Shown: positions 51,201 through 60,704, counted from the stretch's first letter. The stretch: 64,000 bases of DNA from Candidatus Heimdallarchaeota archaeon (GCA_011364965.1 RDOB01000008.1:55468-119467), one strand, 5' to 3'. The notes: generated by a model from the sequence alone, not told the origin. Program-made: numbers and translations.

Positions 51201-51340
51201 CGACTTCCACATCATCTAGTACAAGCCTCCCAGCAACAACACGACCAAAACCTTCCATTGGTTTTGAAACACTCATTGGCATTTTAATCACTGGACTATT
51301 AGGATCGTTCAGAATAAGCAAACGAAGGAAAAGGAGATAA
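45224..51340 (+). CDS. Cell-surface S8 subtilase with CARDB-like repeats, NIDO-like insert, four Ig-like repeats and C-terminal anchor
   Basis: Triad motifs VIDTG, HGTHCAG, GTSMACPHVAG; 4x V.N.G...E......LWIN repeats; 4x ITW.A.D.D...YW.G..W...WD repeats; Thr/Ser stalk then PSIGFE-TM-KRRKRR. Confidence 0.95.
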   Translation: MILYKKSDFLIRGIILLSIFLIFSFFDTQAHSIPLKPDIESNQSPKRLMGLEKKVNPVTSRIINSKPEDNAETISSALLCPKKNNPEKNHSSNTVIKTAAALAKEIGIPSSYFDTNRILQITNDKLHVVIGFHSSFILDYSDYKSYVLESNLKIVRALPEINAIVVEVDISALKLFLNSWNNLPFIRYLELAQITSVSAITDDPDWDIQYGPQIIQTDLAWDIQKGDPSTVLIAVIDTGIDYTHPDLADQYITGGYDYVNNDWDPMDDHSHGTHCAGTIGATINNSIGIAGVANVSIMGYKVFNSGGFGFDYDAADAIINATNFGADILSNSYGFPSSNPVLADAVAYAAVHDVVIVVSAGNSGAPVSSYPALYPETITVSATDDSDTPASFTSYGSAVDVAAPGVDIWSTLPVSMGNYGYKSGTSMACPHVAGVCALIRAQFPSFTADQVRQHLRMSADDLGSIGWDDYYGYGRVNAFKAVQPPPQHELVTYLHGNPEAILPGETIKLNISVYNYGQENETDIQLQLWINDTLIEEKTFTTLNVGDIGSFSYSWSPSLLGTYNISVYASPVLDETYTANNRIIKYVYVRYPIISYDLGDFIEMNFVSDGTPIINFTYTTEIDPTHIRIDFGNGYDWFIVNTLTRYISSGTTWVGYYYMGQIETGLKIGDSVKWYATTGIVNNTVYYNWDGMLLEAWNLTIAEGVFAYYHKTTGIWLYYNEFGTEIEMVNTSFIVWQPPEHELRASLRAPGIIPVNNATFVNVTVYNEGRNNETNVEVQLWINDSMESSQIFLSVNSGTEVTLSYSWRPLLNGVYNITAYVIPVVNETLLFNNFETIFSLVQEPSDYLIIQDANPWNFDWTTLLGIIGITYDIVPSNSFGAMNLSFYGRIIIPSDQPQEFYTQIENQMSILEGFVQQGGILEVHATDQGENEGMWEGFLPNGISYISVESNSIEVEDPSNLLLFHPYVITKYDLNAWGPAVGGYLANIGNANVILTSLSQPIMIELAVGEGYYLITTQTLELGYSYAESRFFENLLQYNPAPPPHEIGVGLECASLLPNGTSVLLNATLANHGISTEANVYLEIWINDTLYVNNSYPSLIGMSTELVQYEWNPIKTGFYNITVFAPPVIGEVTTLNNYLEASCLVKYLVNYTLYETEFGWFDAYANGYNTNLTGDDTYYALNLPFPFFYYDVNFTSIYISSNGWFSFTDSSPTTFSNPTFPTASFPYAIAVFWDDLQAQENVYIWNTTSFVAIEYHNYSTLGGSVIGNFELILFENGTILMQYQNILLDFGATIGLNYGEDQSYYSAYTKGISGVSELRLLFTSEPLKRHDLTTEIEAPTGILYDEIMLIVINASVHNAGTYDENDIAFELWVNYTLVLQEIIPSLLVGESTTFSYEWIPTTRGDYNITSVALPVENETFTVNNRETRTGVIDDPRLNFSLGDYIDFYFTMGGDPSPYATFTYISMLDLVHVYVEVIILGGMGTEWISINIVNRLIEDGSIWVGMYAFHHIETDIALGDTVKWMEGDGTVTGTVWHAWNGATLEAWNISLNEPSSSYYAYYDKISGVILYLKDTESGISMFIVDTTMIELYAPIISSVYPSSGDFVTGVITITWTATDPDNGTLHYTLNYWNGTEWINLETGQLTSVYIWDTTVLADGDFYRLQLIVSDGYFSQENITATSFTVTNQAEPPTVHLLYPNGGEVLNGQVIISWSATDPQSITLNFILYYWDGDDWILIASNIGNSYYNWDTTTVEDGNSYSIRIIASNGILSAEDQSNSSFTINNPNAPIVQLGYPIEEGPYNGTIIITWIATDLDGDILIFTLYYWNSTSWVEIESGITGTSYQWDSTTVTDGEDYLIRIVGTDGSLTGESQSVVPFIINNPDPPTVQLLTPQTEGPFNETILITWNANDLDNETLVYTLSYWDGSNWIEIITGLTSESYTWNVSTLPNGDHYQLRIVASDGTLTCEAISSTTFEIYNESFTSSSNLTTNPITTSTSSSTSLPATTRPKPSIGFETLIGILITGLLGSFRISKRRKRR

Positions 51341-51633
51341 TCTCCCTTCTATTGTTGCTTTTTTTCAAAAATTTTGCCGCTTTTCTTCACTACAGTAATT
51401 TCTAACTTCTGTAATACTCTACACCATTTGCACAATAAATCTCCAAGACAACATCATCCCTCCGTATCTATTAATCTCTTAACGTCTCATTTTTAAGCAA
51501 AAATGTAATAAAATCAGAAAATGATAGTTCACCCTGAAAAAATCTTGATTGAACTCAAAATCTAATTGAAGATATAGATTCAGAATACTATCCCAATAAT
51601 AATCTAAGAAAAAGGAAAAAGAAAGGGGGAGAG

Positions 51634-52584
51634 TTAATACTGGTATTTCTGTTTTATCTGAGCCTGATAAGTACCATCATACTTACCCTGCCGTATGTTA
51701 TTCAAGGTAGAATAGATTTTGTAGCCACTTAAAATCTGCATGATCATTACTGCAAAAATAACAATAGCAGCAACACCTAATGCCAAGAAAGCAGTATCAA
51801 TGGTGGAAGCTGAAAGAGTATCAATAGCAGTTAAGAGCATTAAGTACGTAATTGCTAATATACCCCAATTGGCGAGAGTTAAAAAAGAAAACCACTTAAA
51901 TCGAGCTGTAGGGCCGTTATAAGGTGCTCCTAACATGGTGACGAACTCTTCAAACCAAACAGAGAATTTCAGGGCACTCATTACAAGCAAGACAGAAAAG
52001 CCAAGTTCAGTCACAACAAAGATTATTCCTTGCATCGCTACCTCCCGAAGTTCCTCAAGCGTATCCATGGAGGTCGCTTCAATCCCCTCAAACACAAATC
52101 CTGTAATAAAAGTTCCAACCACATAGATGATAAGGAAAAGTGGAACAGAACGAAGCTGTGTATTAACCGAAGAGGGTTCTGCTTGTGAAATTAAATAAAT
52201 CCCATAAATAAATATCCCAAAACAAATTGGATCAATCAGAGACGCTAGAAGTGAATAAACTTCACTTTCAAAGCCAACAAACATAAAAAGTAAGTTCATA
52301 CCTATTCCAATTAATGGACTCAGCCCGAAAACCAATGCCCCAACAACAAGAATGTTATAGCTAGAATGAAAAATGATATGGCCATACTTTTCACGAACAG
52401 GTTGAATTACAGGTGTAGATACTCCATTATCAGGTGCAACAGGAGGATAGGATTGCTGGTACGTATGTGATATTGGAGCTGGTTGTGTCCCACCTCCAGA
52501 TACTTGTACCAGTCGTTCGCCACATTCCATACAATAAATACCCTGATCAGGATTCTCAGCCCCACATTTAGTGCAATATGTCAT
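51634..52584 (-). CDS. Zinc-ribbon domain membrane protein
   Basis: CTKCG...CMECG N-terminus, Q/P-rich linker, about 6 TM. Confidence 0.85.
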   Translation of the reverse strand: MTYCTKCGAENPDQGIYCMECGERLVQVSGGGTQPAPISHTYQQSYPPVAPDNGVSTPVIQPVREKYGHIIFHSSYNILVVGALVFGLSPLIGIGMNLLFMFVGFESEVYSLLASLIDPICFGIFIYGIYLISQAEPSSVNTQLRSVPLFLIIYVVGTFITGFVFEGIEATSMDTLEELREVAMQGIIFVVTELGFSVLLVMSALKFSVWFEEFVTMLGAPYNGPTARFKWFSFLTLANWGILAITYLMLLTAIDTLSASTIDTAFLALGVAAIVIFAVMIMQILSGYKIYSTLNNIRQGKYDGTYQAQIKQKYQY

Positions 52585-52773
52585 CTCGATACCCCAAAGA
52601 ATGAACAGGTTTGAAAATAACTAGATGTTCAAATACTTTTTGACAAACAAAAATAGAAAAAATGGAATTGAAGAAACATACTCTCGTTCGAGCTTCTACA
52701 CGGGTCAGTAAAATCAGGTTTATTTGATCAAAAGCTACAAGGTACACTTGACTCATGAAGTGTTTCACGATTT

Positions 52774-54516
52774 TTAAGAATATATCGTTCTATCGCTTAT
52801 CCGGAAAATTATAAAGATTGAACTTATTAAAACTCCAACAAGTACCAATAATAAGCTTAAATGCTCAAATTGGTAACCCTGTACAATTAATCCAACTAAA
52901 TCCATGTAGTACAGAGGGGAGAGGAATCTTAGAGGCAAGAGAGGTTCACTAAAGTATGGTAATGTTACTAGAATGATTGTTAAGACTCCCAAAGTATAAA
53001 CAATTTTTTTTCGATGGTCTGGGGAAGGAAGTAGTAAACCAATTGCAATAAGAAAACAAAGTATGGTTCCATAACTGAAAGGGATGATGATGAGAGCCAG
53101 TAGTTGTTCAACGAGCTTTGAATCGACTTCAAGATAGAACTCTCCTAGGAGGAGGAAGAACAGTGTCATTGAACTCAAAATGATCAATTCAATTATAATT
53201 GTCAATATCCGAGGAAAAATAATGCTCTTTGGTTTTATTGGTGCTCCAAGGAGGAGGTCAATTGTTTTGTTATTCCTATCTCTACTTAATACTCTTCCAG
53301 CTTCAATAATAATAAAGGGGAAAAAGTATAACCAAGTATAACCATAGAATTGGGGGTAAATTGGGCCAAGAGGTTCATTAAGAACTTGATCCATCGAATT
53401 TCTCATTATGGCATGAGCAAAGGGATTATTTTGATAAATCTGTGCCATTTCAGCAAATCCTCCTTCTCCTGTAGGAAATCCAATAATGATAGAAACTGCA
53501 CCAAAAAAACAGAGGATAAAGAAAACAAAGAAAATTAATCTATCTGCGAGCCATTGTTCAGCTGATATCGGTGATATGAAGCGGAATAATTGCTGAAGAT
53601 AGTCCTTTATAACAATTTTTCCCCGAATATTGATGAATTTAGTTTTATGACTATCTGTTTCGATTTTATTTATATTTTTTCGACCTTGGCTGATTTGTAA
53701 AGGCAAAGGATCTTTGGAAATGAAAATAAGTACTCCAACCGTTAATAAAAATATTGATATTATTAGAGGTATGAAGTTTTCCAGTTCAAGGGTTTCTCCA
53801 CTTAAAAGAATCGAACTAGGATTAATATAATGAAATATGTTTAGATATTTTAGATCCTCATAAGATGGATTCATATTTACTATCGAGGTGAGGAGAAAAG
53901 ACGAAAGGAAAATGATACCTGCCATTCCTCGTCCAAGATCACTCCTCAATGTAATTGAGGTTACAAAAAACGCGATTGCAAAGAATGTTACTCCAGAAAG
54001 CCACAATAAAATAAATCCCGCAAAAAGTCTATCATAATTGATACTTGTACCTAAAAAATCATAACTAAGAGGAATGAGAATGTAAACTAGAGCAGTAAGA
54101 AAAGTAAGTAGTAAAAGATGGGAAAGCAGATGACGAAACATCAAATGCTCCTTTTTATGAGGACTTGAAATAAAAATATCAGCCATGCCCGATTTTACTT
54201 CATCTGGCGCTCCTGCGCCTCCCAACCATATACCTACAATAGGATAGACGTTCGCCATATACGCGACAAAATATAAAAAAATAAAATAGAGAAAGAAGCC
54301 CGAATTTTCCGAATCAAGATGGCCAATTAGCTCTCCCCAAATAGATTTAACAAAGGGGGTATCTGCGATTCCTAGTATGGCTTGAATTCCCGCTTCACCA
54401 GGATAAGTCCAATATGTAAGCAAAGCGCCAATAAAACCAATACCAAATAATAGGATATAAGTAAGCCATTGTTGCCTAATAATCAGTCTAAAACTGTGAG
54501 TCCACATTTGAAGCAT
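52774..54516 (-). CDS. ABC exporter permease (duplicated ABC-2-like halves)
   Basis: Two homologous halves (EVKSGMADIFISSP / DRNNKTIDLLLGAP; YLNIFHY / FLSPLYY). Confidence 0.85.
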   Translation of the reverse strand: MLQMWTHSFRLIIRQQWLTYILLFGIGFIGALLTYWTYPGEAGIQAILGIADTPFVKSIWGELIGHLDSENSGFFLYFIFLYFVAYMANVYPIVGIWLGGAGAPDEVKSGMADIFISSPHKKEHLMFRHLLSHLLLLTFLTALVYILIPLSYDFLGTSINYDRLFAGFILLWLSGVTFFAIAFFVTSITLRSDLGRGMAGIIFLSSFLLTSIVNMNPSYEDLKYLNIFHYINPSSILLSGETLELENFIPLIISIFLLTVGVLIFISKDPLPLQISQGRKNINKIETDSHKTKFINIRGKIVIKDYLQQLFRFISPISAEQWLADRLIFFVFFILCFFGAVSIIIGFPTGEGGFAEMAQIYQNNPFAHAIMRNSMDQVLNEPLGPIYPQFYGYTWLYFFPFIIIEAGRVLSRDRNNKTIDLLLGAPIKPKSIIFPRILTIIIELIILSSMTLFFLLLGEFYLEVDSKLVEQLLALIIIPFSYGTILCFLIAIGLLLPSPDHRKKIVYTLGVLTIILVTLPYFSEPLLPLRFLSPLYYMDLVGLIVQGYQFEHLSLLLVLVGVLISSIFIIFRISDRTIYS

Positions 54517-54520
54517 AAAG

Positions 54521-55441
54521 TTAAGCCTCCTTATAGTACTGTAGGAAGTAATCCTCTAAGCTTGGTTCAGGGATCACAACATTCTGAATGGATTGATGAT
54601 GCAGTGAGTGAAATAACTCAAAAAAATTAATTTGAGCTGATTTCAGGTAGATAGAATAACGGTATTCATTTCCACCCGTCTCAAGCTTTTCAAAGTGACT
54701 TATAAGAGGGTTTTGAGTTAATAAGGAGTCAATAGGTTCTTCCATAGTGAGAATCACTCTTTGTTCCACACGTTGGCTAAGTTGGTCAATATGGTTGTGA
54801 CTAACAAGGAATCCCTCCCTGATTATCGTCACTTCATCACAGATCCTCTGGACTTCCGCTAAATTGTGAGAGGAAAAGAAAATAGTCTTTCCTCGGTCTC
54901 TAAAGCCTTTCAACACTTGGTATAGACGTTGTTGCATTAATGGATCCAATCCGACAGAAGGCTCGTCAAGGATAAGGAGATCTGGATCATGCATTAGAGC
55001 CTGAATTAGACCCACTTTCTGTTTATTTCCCTTACTTAACTGACCAACATTTCTGGATTCATCAAGATTAAAAGTCTCAATCAAAGAATTCCGAAGTATA
55101 GAAGGGCTTTTTCTTAAGGAAGCAAAATAATCTAAGATGCTTTTAACAGTGAAATGCTTGTATAGATCAAACTCTCCGGGTAAATAACCTATTTTTTCTT
55201 TGAGAGCAACTTGTGAACTCCAATTGGCAATTTCATGGCCAAAAATCCTTATTTGACCTCTCGTTGGTCTCAAAATTCCTAGAAGACAACGAATAGTTGT
55301 GGTTTTTCCCGCAGCATTGGGACCTAAAAAACCAGAAATAATCCCAGGATTTATAGAAATACTTAAATTTTCAATTCCCCGGTGTTTTCCATAATATTTG
55401 GTAAAATTAACAAGCTCTATGGTTGGTTCCACTCTCAACAC
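54521..55441 (-). CDS. ABC exporter ATP-binding protein
   Basis: GPNAAGKTT, LSKGNKQKVG, LDEPSVGLDP, SSH. Confidence 0.95.
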   Translation of the reverse strand: MLRVEPTIELVNFTKYYGKHRGIENLSISINPGIISGFLGPNAAGKTTTIRCLLGILRPTRGQIRIFGHEIANWSSQVALKEKIGYLPGEFDLYKHFTVKSILDYFASLRKSPSILRNSLIETFNLDESRNVGQLSKGNKQKVGLIQALMHDPDLLILDEPSVGLDPLMQQRLYQVLKGFRDRGKTIFFSSHNLAEVQRICDEVTIIREGFLVSHNHIDQLSQRVEQRVILTMEEPIDSLLTQNPLISHFEKLETGGNEYRYSIYLKSAQINFFELFHSLHHQSIQNVVIPEPSLEDYFLQYYKEA

Positions 55442-55883
55442 CTTTTCCTGAGGGATTTTTCCAATATAAAATAATATTAAACACTCTTTTCTATATTCTA
55501 TTCATAAAAATCCTCAAATAAATATGTTTTCAATTGTGAACATTCCCCTTAATTCTTACTTATTGGCAATAATAAAGTATTGGAAGATCTTGTGAAAAAT
55601 AGATTGGTCTATTTTGGCATAATTCATGGATCTAGTATGCTGATTCATTTTTTGAATGTAATTGACTATACCAAATGGAAGTAAGAATCAACTCAAAATG
55701 CCAAAGAATATGTATTGCGAAATAGATCTTCAAGTAAAATCAAAAATTGGTAGTGGAAGATAATTTGCAAAAATCAGTTACAAAAGCAATACAAAGAAAA
55801 AGAAGGCCTATAAAGTAGCAAATACTACTCCATTTAACTTTTTTAGACAAGAATGGAATTCTCAGGTGTAAGAGGAATAAAGT

Positions 55884-56957
55884 ATGAGTGTTGATACTTT
55901 TAAACTTTATCAGGACGCATTTGTAATGGGAGCAGTGATGCAAAGGGGTAATTTTGAACCAGCTGCACATCTTATGACCAGTATTTTAACTCGTTTAGGA
56001 GTTCGATCAAATATTGATGTAAAAGCGATTTTTAGCCCGCCAAACCCGGGGGGAAATGTTATCTCCATTTTCCAAAAAGCAGGTTATGGAAATCTTACGG
56101 GAATAATCAACAGTGGATTCACTTCCTCCCGAATTGGTAATACAGCATTGATTATGGCCATCATTGAGCAGGAAGAACCTCGGCATGATCTCCAGCAAAT
56201 GCTTGAAGTACTTTCCACCGATCTTCAATCACCTCAAATCGCGATCACCATTAACTGGTTTTTCCAATACCCTATAAAAGACCACCTGCTTAGAGAACGC
56301 GATGCGATTGTGAAAGAATTAAAAATTCTCTTGACTCAAGACTCACCCAAGAAAAAGGCTATTTCTAAATTGGGATTCCGAGTCATGGCATTTGCCTCCA
56401 TCATACTTGAATCAATCAATATTGGCATTTTTCTATCTCCTGAAAATCTGATTAATGATATAGTTAAACGAGTTGAAACTCGAGCACGGATCTCATCGAT
56501 GGTGAGAATTGGAATTATTCCAGCTGCACTCGTTTTACTGACAGCAGTAGTTATTCCGTTTCTACCAGCGGAATTGTTATTATCCACGAATTTAATTACG
56601 GAATCAACCTTAAGCTATATTGCAATAATCTTTGGTTCATTCCTCCTTCCAATTACGAAGATCTTATACGATCGTAGCTCGTATCATCGGATTGTAACCG
56701 AAGTGGGTAATTTAATTACTCATCTAGGTTTTGAGCAAATTTTCCGGGACACATTCAATCAAATCCGAGAACAAGGGAAAACGGCCGAAGTTGCAGCAGC
56801 AACTGCACATGCAATCGGAAATGAATTTTTAATCAATTTTTTAATCGGAAAGGAGACAAAATACACTCCAAAACAACTAGAAGAAATGCGTAAGATGTTA
56901 ATAATGCAAAATGAACAAAGAATAAGATTAACACAAGCAAAAACCGAACCAACTTAA
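55884..56957 (+). CDS. Hypothetical membrane protein (2-3 TM)
   Basis: Long ORF with GAGG RBS; hydrophobic hairpin; no family recognised. Confidence 0.75.
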   Translation: MSVDTFKLYQDAFVMGAVMQRGNFEPAAHLMTSILTRLGVRSNIDVKAIFSPPNPGGNVISIFQKAGYGNLTGIINSGFTSSRIGNTALIMAIIEQEEPRHDLQQMLEVLSTDLQSPQIAITINWFFQYPIKDHLLRERDAIVKELKILLTQDSPKKKAISKLGFRVMAFASIILESINIGIFLSPENLINDIVKRVETRARISSMVRIGIIPAALVLLTAVVIPFLPAELLLSTNLITESTLSYIAIIFGSFLLPITKILYDRSSYHRIVTEVGNLITHLGFEQIFRDTFNQIREQGKTAEVAAATAHAIGNEFLINFLIGKETKYTPKQLEEMRKMLIMQNEQRIRLTQAKTEPT

Positions 56958-56971
56958 CAGCAACTCAATAA

Positions 56972-59194
56972 TTACTCAAACGCATGTTTTTTGTAGTAGT
57001 GAGTGATGTACTTGATCAAAGCGTATAAAATAAGTAAAAATAGGATCATCTGAATATACGTTTTTTGATAATTCTGGTTAATCTCGTATAAAGAACTAAT
57101 TTGGATTTGAGTTTGGTATATAAGTTGAAAATATTCGGAAGAAAACCCCAAATTCTCGGATATTAGCCATTTCTTAGCTATTTCAACAGAAAAATCATCA
57201 TAAGCAGTTTTTGTCTCCGCAAGAGGATAACTACCATCTGTTGCCTGCAATTCTTTCTTATATTCTATCATTTCTTCTTCCGGGATGATTACCCATGATG
57301 TTAAAGGAATAGGAGTATGTGCGGGGTATGCTAATCCCGATAAATCAGAGGCAATTATTTCTAAACGTGGTATAAGATGTGAGAAGGCATGCCGTACTCC
57401 TTTGTATTGAAAATAATAGACCCCAGAATTCTCAAATCTAGGATTCAACCATATCGCTTGCCATCCAACTTCTGGGCAAAGAACAGGTTGGATTGCTGTA
57501 TTCGAGTGTAGTTCTTCGTAGATGTTTGTTAACGAAAATTGTGGATCGAGAATGTGGACATTACCAACCTGCATCTCAAAAATGCCAGAATCAAGTGTCT
57601 TGGTTATGATTCTAGCTCTATTTGGCATATCATCTAGTAAACCATCGGTTGCTCTAAAATGGCTACAGGAAGTATCATTTACCCAAATATGAGTTGTATT
57701 ATCCCAACGAATATTTTCAAATTTCTCGAGAATTACTTCATCTATATCAGGATCATATTCTTTGAAAACAACTGGACCACAACCAATTGGCCCGTTATAT
57801 CCCCCTCGGTCGTTAGATCGGCCAGTATTCATTGAATGGAACTCCCAGTCCTCTGGGTGAACTTTCCATTTGGTAATATTAAAATCACCCATAGGAGTAA
57901 ATCCGTGGTCAACTGGATCACCCAATATATGTTCGGGGTATAACGAGCTGCCAAGATAGCTGATTTCCCACGTGGGAAAAACGCTGGCGAATTGAAAGCT
58001 AATTGCCTCATAAAACCCATTTAAATCTTTATCTTCTACAATAAAAGAGTAATTGCCATGTGTGTTTATTTTATCATCCATCCCAAACGCATTGGCAAGG
58101 TTAGAGTAATCATTAGACCCAATAATTGGATTAAGTCGAGCTTGGAAGGAAAACGCAACATCCCACGCATCTACTCTTTCACCATCATGCCAGTAGACAT
58201 CATCCCTTAAAGTAATGTTGTATTGAAGCGCGTTATCTGAATACGTCCCCAAAGTGGATGCAATTCGAGGATAAAGACCCATAAAAGAGGTGGTGCCGAA
58301 ATGTACAGTCATCCAAGAATCTCGATTCATATTCGAGGGGAAAGTCGTCACATATGACGGTGCGGTTCCTATAAGACCGTCTAATGGAGGCATAGCGGAA
58401 TATTGGTTATATATATCAGTGGTTAGTATACTAAGAAAAGAATTGCTCCCTCTCTTAACACCAAGGACTACTTCATCGAGACCCCATTGATTTTCTATTG
58501 AATTTAATGGGTATTGGACGGGATCGTATCCATAAAGCGAAGAGGAAATTGCCTGGACTTCATATTGGATGTAAGTTACTACATTTGGTAAAGCATCATA
58601 CCAGACCTTTTGCCAGTCAATAATACTAGCTCTTACTTTGGAAAGGTTGGTTTCGGTATTGAGTAATTGGATGAGATTTTCAGAGTCATTCGACCTGTAA
58701 TTATAATAATTCTGCCCCTCCTCCGAAGACCAATAACCTATATTGAAGCCATTAGGAGGGAGGGCATCCATACCGAATACCGTTTTTAAAATGTCCCCAG
58801 GGTATTGAAATGCCTCATCTAAAGCCATATCGAGTAAACAGATGTCATATCCCCCATCTTTATAAGACCCCATTATGTTATTGGTAACATGGGAGCCAAG
58901 AGCAGCCCAACTGATAAAATCCACACTAGCTTCGATCCCTAGCTTCGCTAAGTTTTCTTGAAAAGATTGAGCTAATATAGAAGGGATCACAGGGGAACTA
59001 GTAGGTTTAAGAATTGAAACAGAGAATAAAGGTTCAGGTTTTTGTTCCTCTAATACATAAATAGAAAAATCAATAATTAGAGGGACAAATAATAAGGTTC
59101 CTATGATGACAGCTAATAGGATTTCCTGTTTCCAATCCGAGAGGGGCATTACATTCCACCGATGGATGAGAAGAAGAATGTATAACTTCCTCAT
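56972..59194 (-). CDS. Family-5 (OppA/DppA-like) solute-binding protein, permuted domain order, TM at both ends
   Basis: LRDDVYWHDG...DVAFSF, PIGCGP, VRHAFSHLIPR; start may be MPLSDW. Confidence 0.85.
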   Translation of the reverse strand: MRKLYILLLIHRWNVMPLSDWKQEILLAVIIGTLLFVPLIIDFSIYVLEEQKPEPLFSVSILKPTSSPVIPSILAQSFQENLAKLGIEASVDFISWAALGSHVTNNIMGSYKDGGYDICLLDMALDEAFQYPGDILKTVFGMDALPPNGFNIGYWSSEEGQNYYNYRSNDSENLIQLLNTETNLSKVRASIIDWQKVWYDALPNVVTYIQYEVQAISSSLYGYDPVQYPLNSIENQWGLDEVVLGVKRGSNSFLSILTTDIYNQYSAMPPLDGLIGTAPSYVTTFPSNMNRDSWMTVHFGTTSFMGLYPRIASTLGTYSDNALQYNITLRDDVYWHDGERVDAWDVAFSFQARLNPIIGSNDYSNLANAFGMDDKINTHGNYSFIVEDKDLNGFYEAISFQFASVFPTWEISYLGSSLYPEHILGDPVDHGFTPMGDFNITKWKVHPEDWEFHSMNTGRSNDRGGYNGPIGCGPVVFKEYDPDIDEVILEKFENIRWDNTTHIWVNDTSCSHFRATDGLLDDMPNRARIITKTLDSGIFEMQVGNVHILDPQFSLTNIYEELHSNTAIQPVLCPEVGWQAIWLNPRFENSGVYYFQYKGVRHAFSHLIPRLEIIASDLSGLAYPAHTPIPLTSWVIIPEEEMIEYKKELQATDGSYPLAETKTAYDDFSVEIAKKWLISENLGFSSEYFQLIYQTQIQISSLYEINQNYQKTYIQMILFLLILYALIKYITHYYKKHAFE

Positions 59195-59649
59195 AAAATG
59201 GAGCTAAATTCCGCAAGGAGTATATAATTTTGTAGAACTATCCTCAGGTACGAGTGCTAGGAGAGGCACGGGCCTATATAAGATTTCATTTAGAATAAAA
59301 TGGAATACATTTATATCTAGCCTCTAATATAAAGATTGATTTTGCTTGTAAATTCTCTAAAAAGCCTAGACCTTGGGCTAGGGAACAGAGGAACAAAAGA
59401 TTCCCTCTCTTTCAATATTTTCTTCTGTATTGTTTAAATCAATCGAGTTCTTAAGCTCACTATCAGGTCAGGATTCCCTAAATACAACTATTAAGTGCTT
59501 TCTTCTTTTCCTCTTATTTCATCCCCAAATTCTGCTATTTAATGCTTTAAACATTTTAAGAGATGTAATTCAATGGATCTATATCATTTAATATCAACTC
59601 TCTAGGATTCCCATTTATTAGAATTCCCAACTAATTCGATAAAGGAAAG

Positions 59650-60630
59650 ATGGCTATGGCTTATTCTCAAAAAACCTGTGGTTCAATATTGGATATAATT
59701 GGTAATACACCTCTAATAAATCTAAAAAGACTGGTTAAGAATACCGAAGGAGCTTCTGGCCAACTCTTGGCAAAGTTAGAGTATTTAAATCCTGGATATT
59801 CAAAAAAAGATAGAATTGGATTACAAATGATTGAAGAAGCTGAAGTAACTGGAGCTCTGAAACCTGGTCAAACAGTAATTGAACTAACAAGTGGTAATAC
59901 TGGCACTGGTCTTGCTATAGTCTGTGCAATCAAAGGATATCCATTTATTGCAGTTATGAGTAAAGGAAACACCGAAGAGCGAGCACGAATGATGAGAGCG
60001 TTTGGAGCTAAGGTAATACTAGTAGATCAAGCTCCAGGAGCAATTCCAGGACAAGTTTCAGGGGATTCAATAGCATTAGTGGAAAAGGAGACGCAACGAC
60101 TTACAATTAAATATAATGCGTTCAGAGCAGATCAATTCAAACTAGATGGAAATTGGCGTGCTCATTATTTACATACAGGAAAAGAAATAATTAAACAGTC
60201 CAATGGGAATATTGATGCTTTCTGTGATTTCGTGGGATCAGGAGGTAGTTATTCTGGTATATATAAAGCATTAAAAGAATACAATTCAAAAATACAATGT
60301 TTTATAATAGAACCTACAACTGTGGCAGTTCTGGCTGGAAAAAAAATAACCAATATTGACCATAAAATTCAAGGAGGAGGATATAATCTGACAAAACTGA
60401 AGTATCTGGAAAATATAACCCCCGATGGTTTTCTTCAAGTCTCGGATGAAGAAGCAATTATGATGAGTAGAAGATTAGCAAGGGAAGAAGGTATATTTGC
60501 AGGTTTCTCCTCTGGAGCAAATGTTGCAGCTGCAGTTGAATTACTAAAGAATGAGTTAAAGGGAAAATCAATTGCTGTATTATTGCCTGATAGTGGATTA
60601 AAGTATTTAACAACAGATTTGTGGCTTTAA
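59650..60630 (+). CDS. Cysteine synthase family PLP enzyme
   Basis: IGNTPL, KLEYLNPG.SKKDR, TSGNTGTGLA, GSGGS, LAREEGIFAGFSSGA, PDSGLKY. Confidence 0.93.
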   Translation: MAMAYSQKTCGSILDIIGNTPLINLKRLVKNTEGASGQLLAKLEYLNPGYSKKDRIGLQMIEEAEVTGALKPGQTVIELTSGNTGTGLAIVCAIKGYPFIAVMSKGNTEERARMMRAFGAKVILVDQAPGAIPGQVSGDSIALVEKETQRLTIKYNAFRADQFKLDGNWRAHYLHTGKEIIKQSNGNIDAFCDFVGSGGSYSGIYKALKEYNSKIQCFIIEPTTVAVLAGKKITNIDHKIQGGGYNLTKLKYLENITPDGFLQVSDEEAIMMSRRLAREEGIFAGFSSGANVAAAVELLKNELKGKSIAVLLPDSGLKYLTTDLWL

Positions 60631-60704
60631 GAAAAATAATTTTTCACGAATTGGCTTTTATCGGGGTCATGGTATAGTTTTCAAAAGTTTAAATCGGGGA
60701 TACT

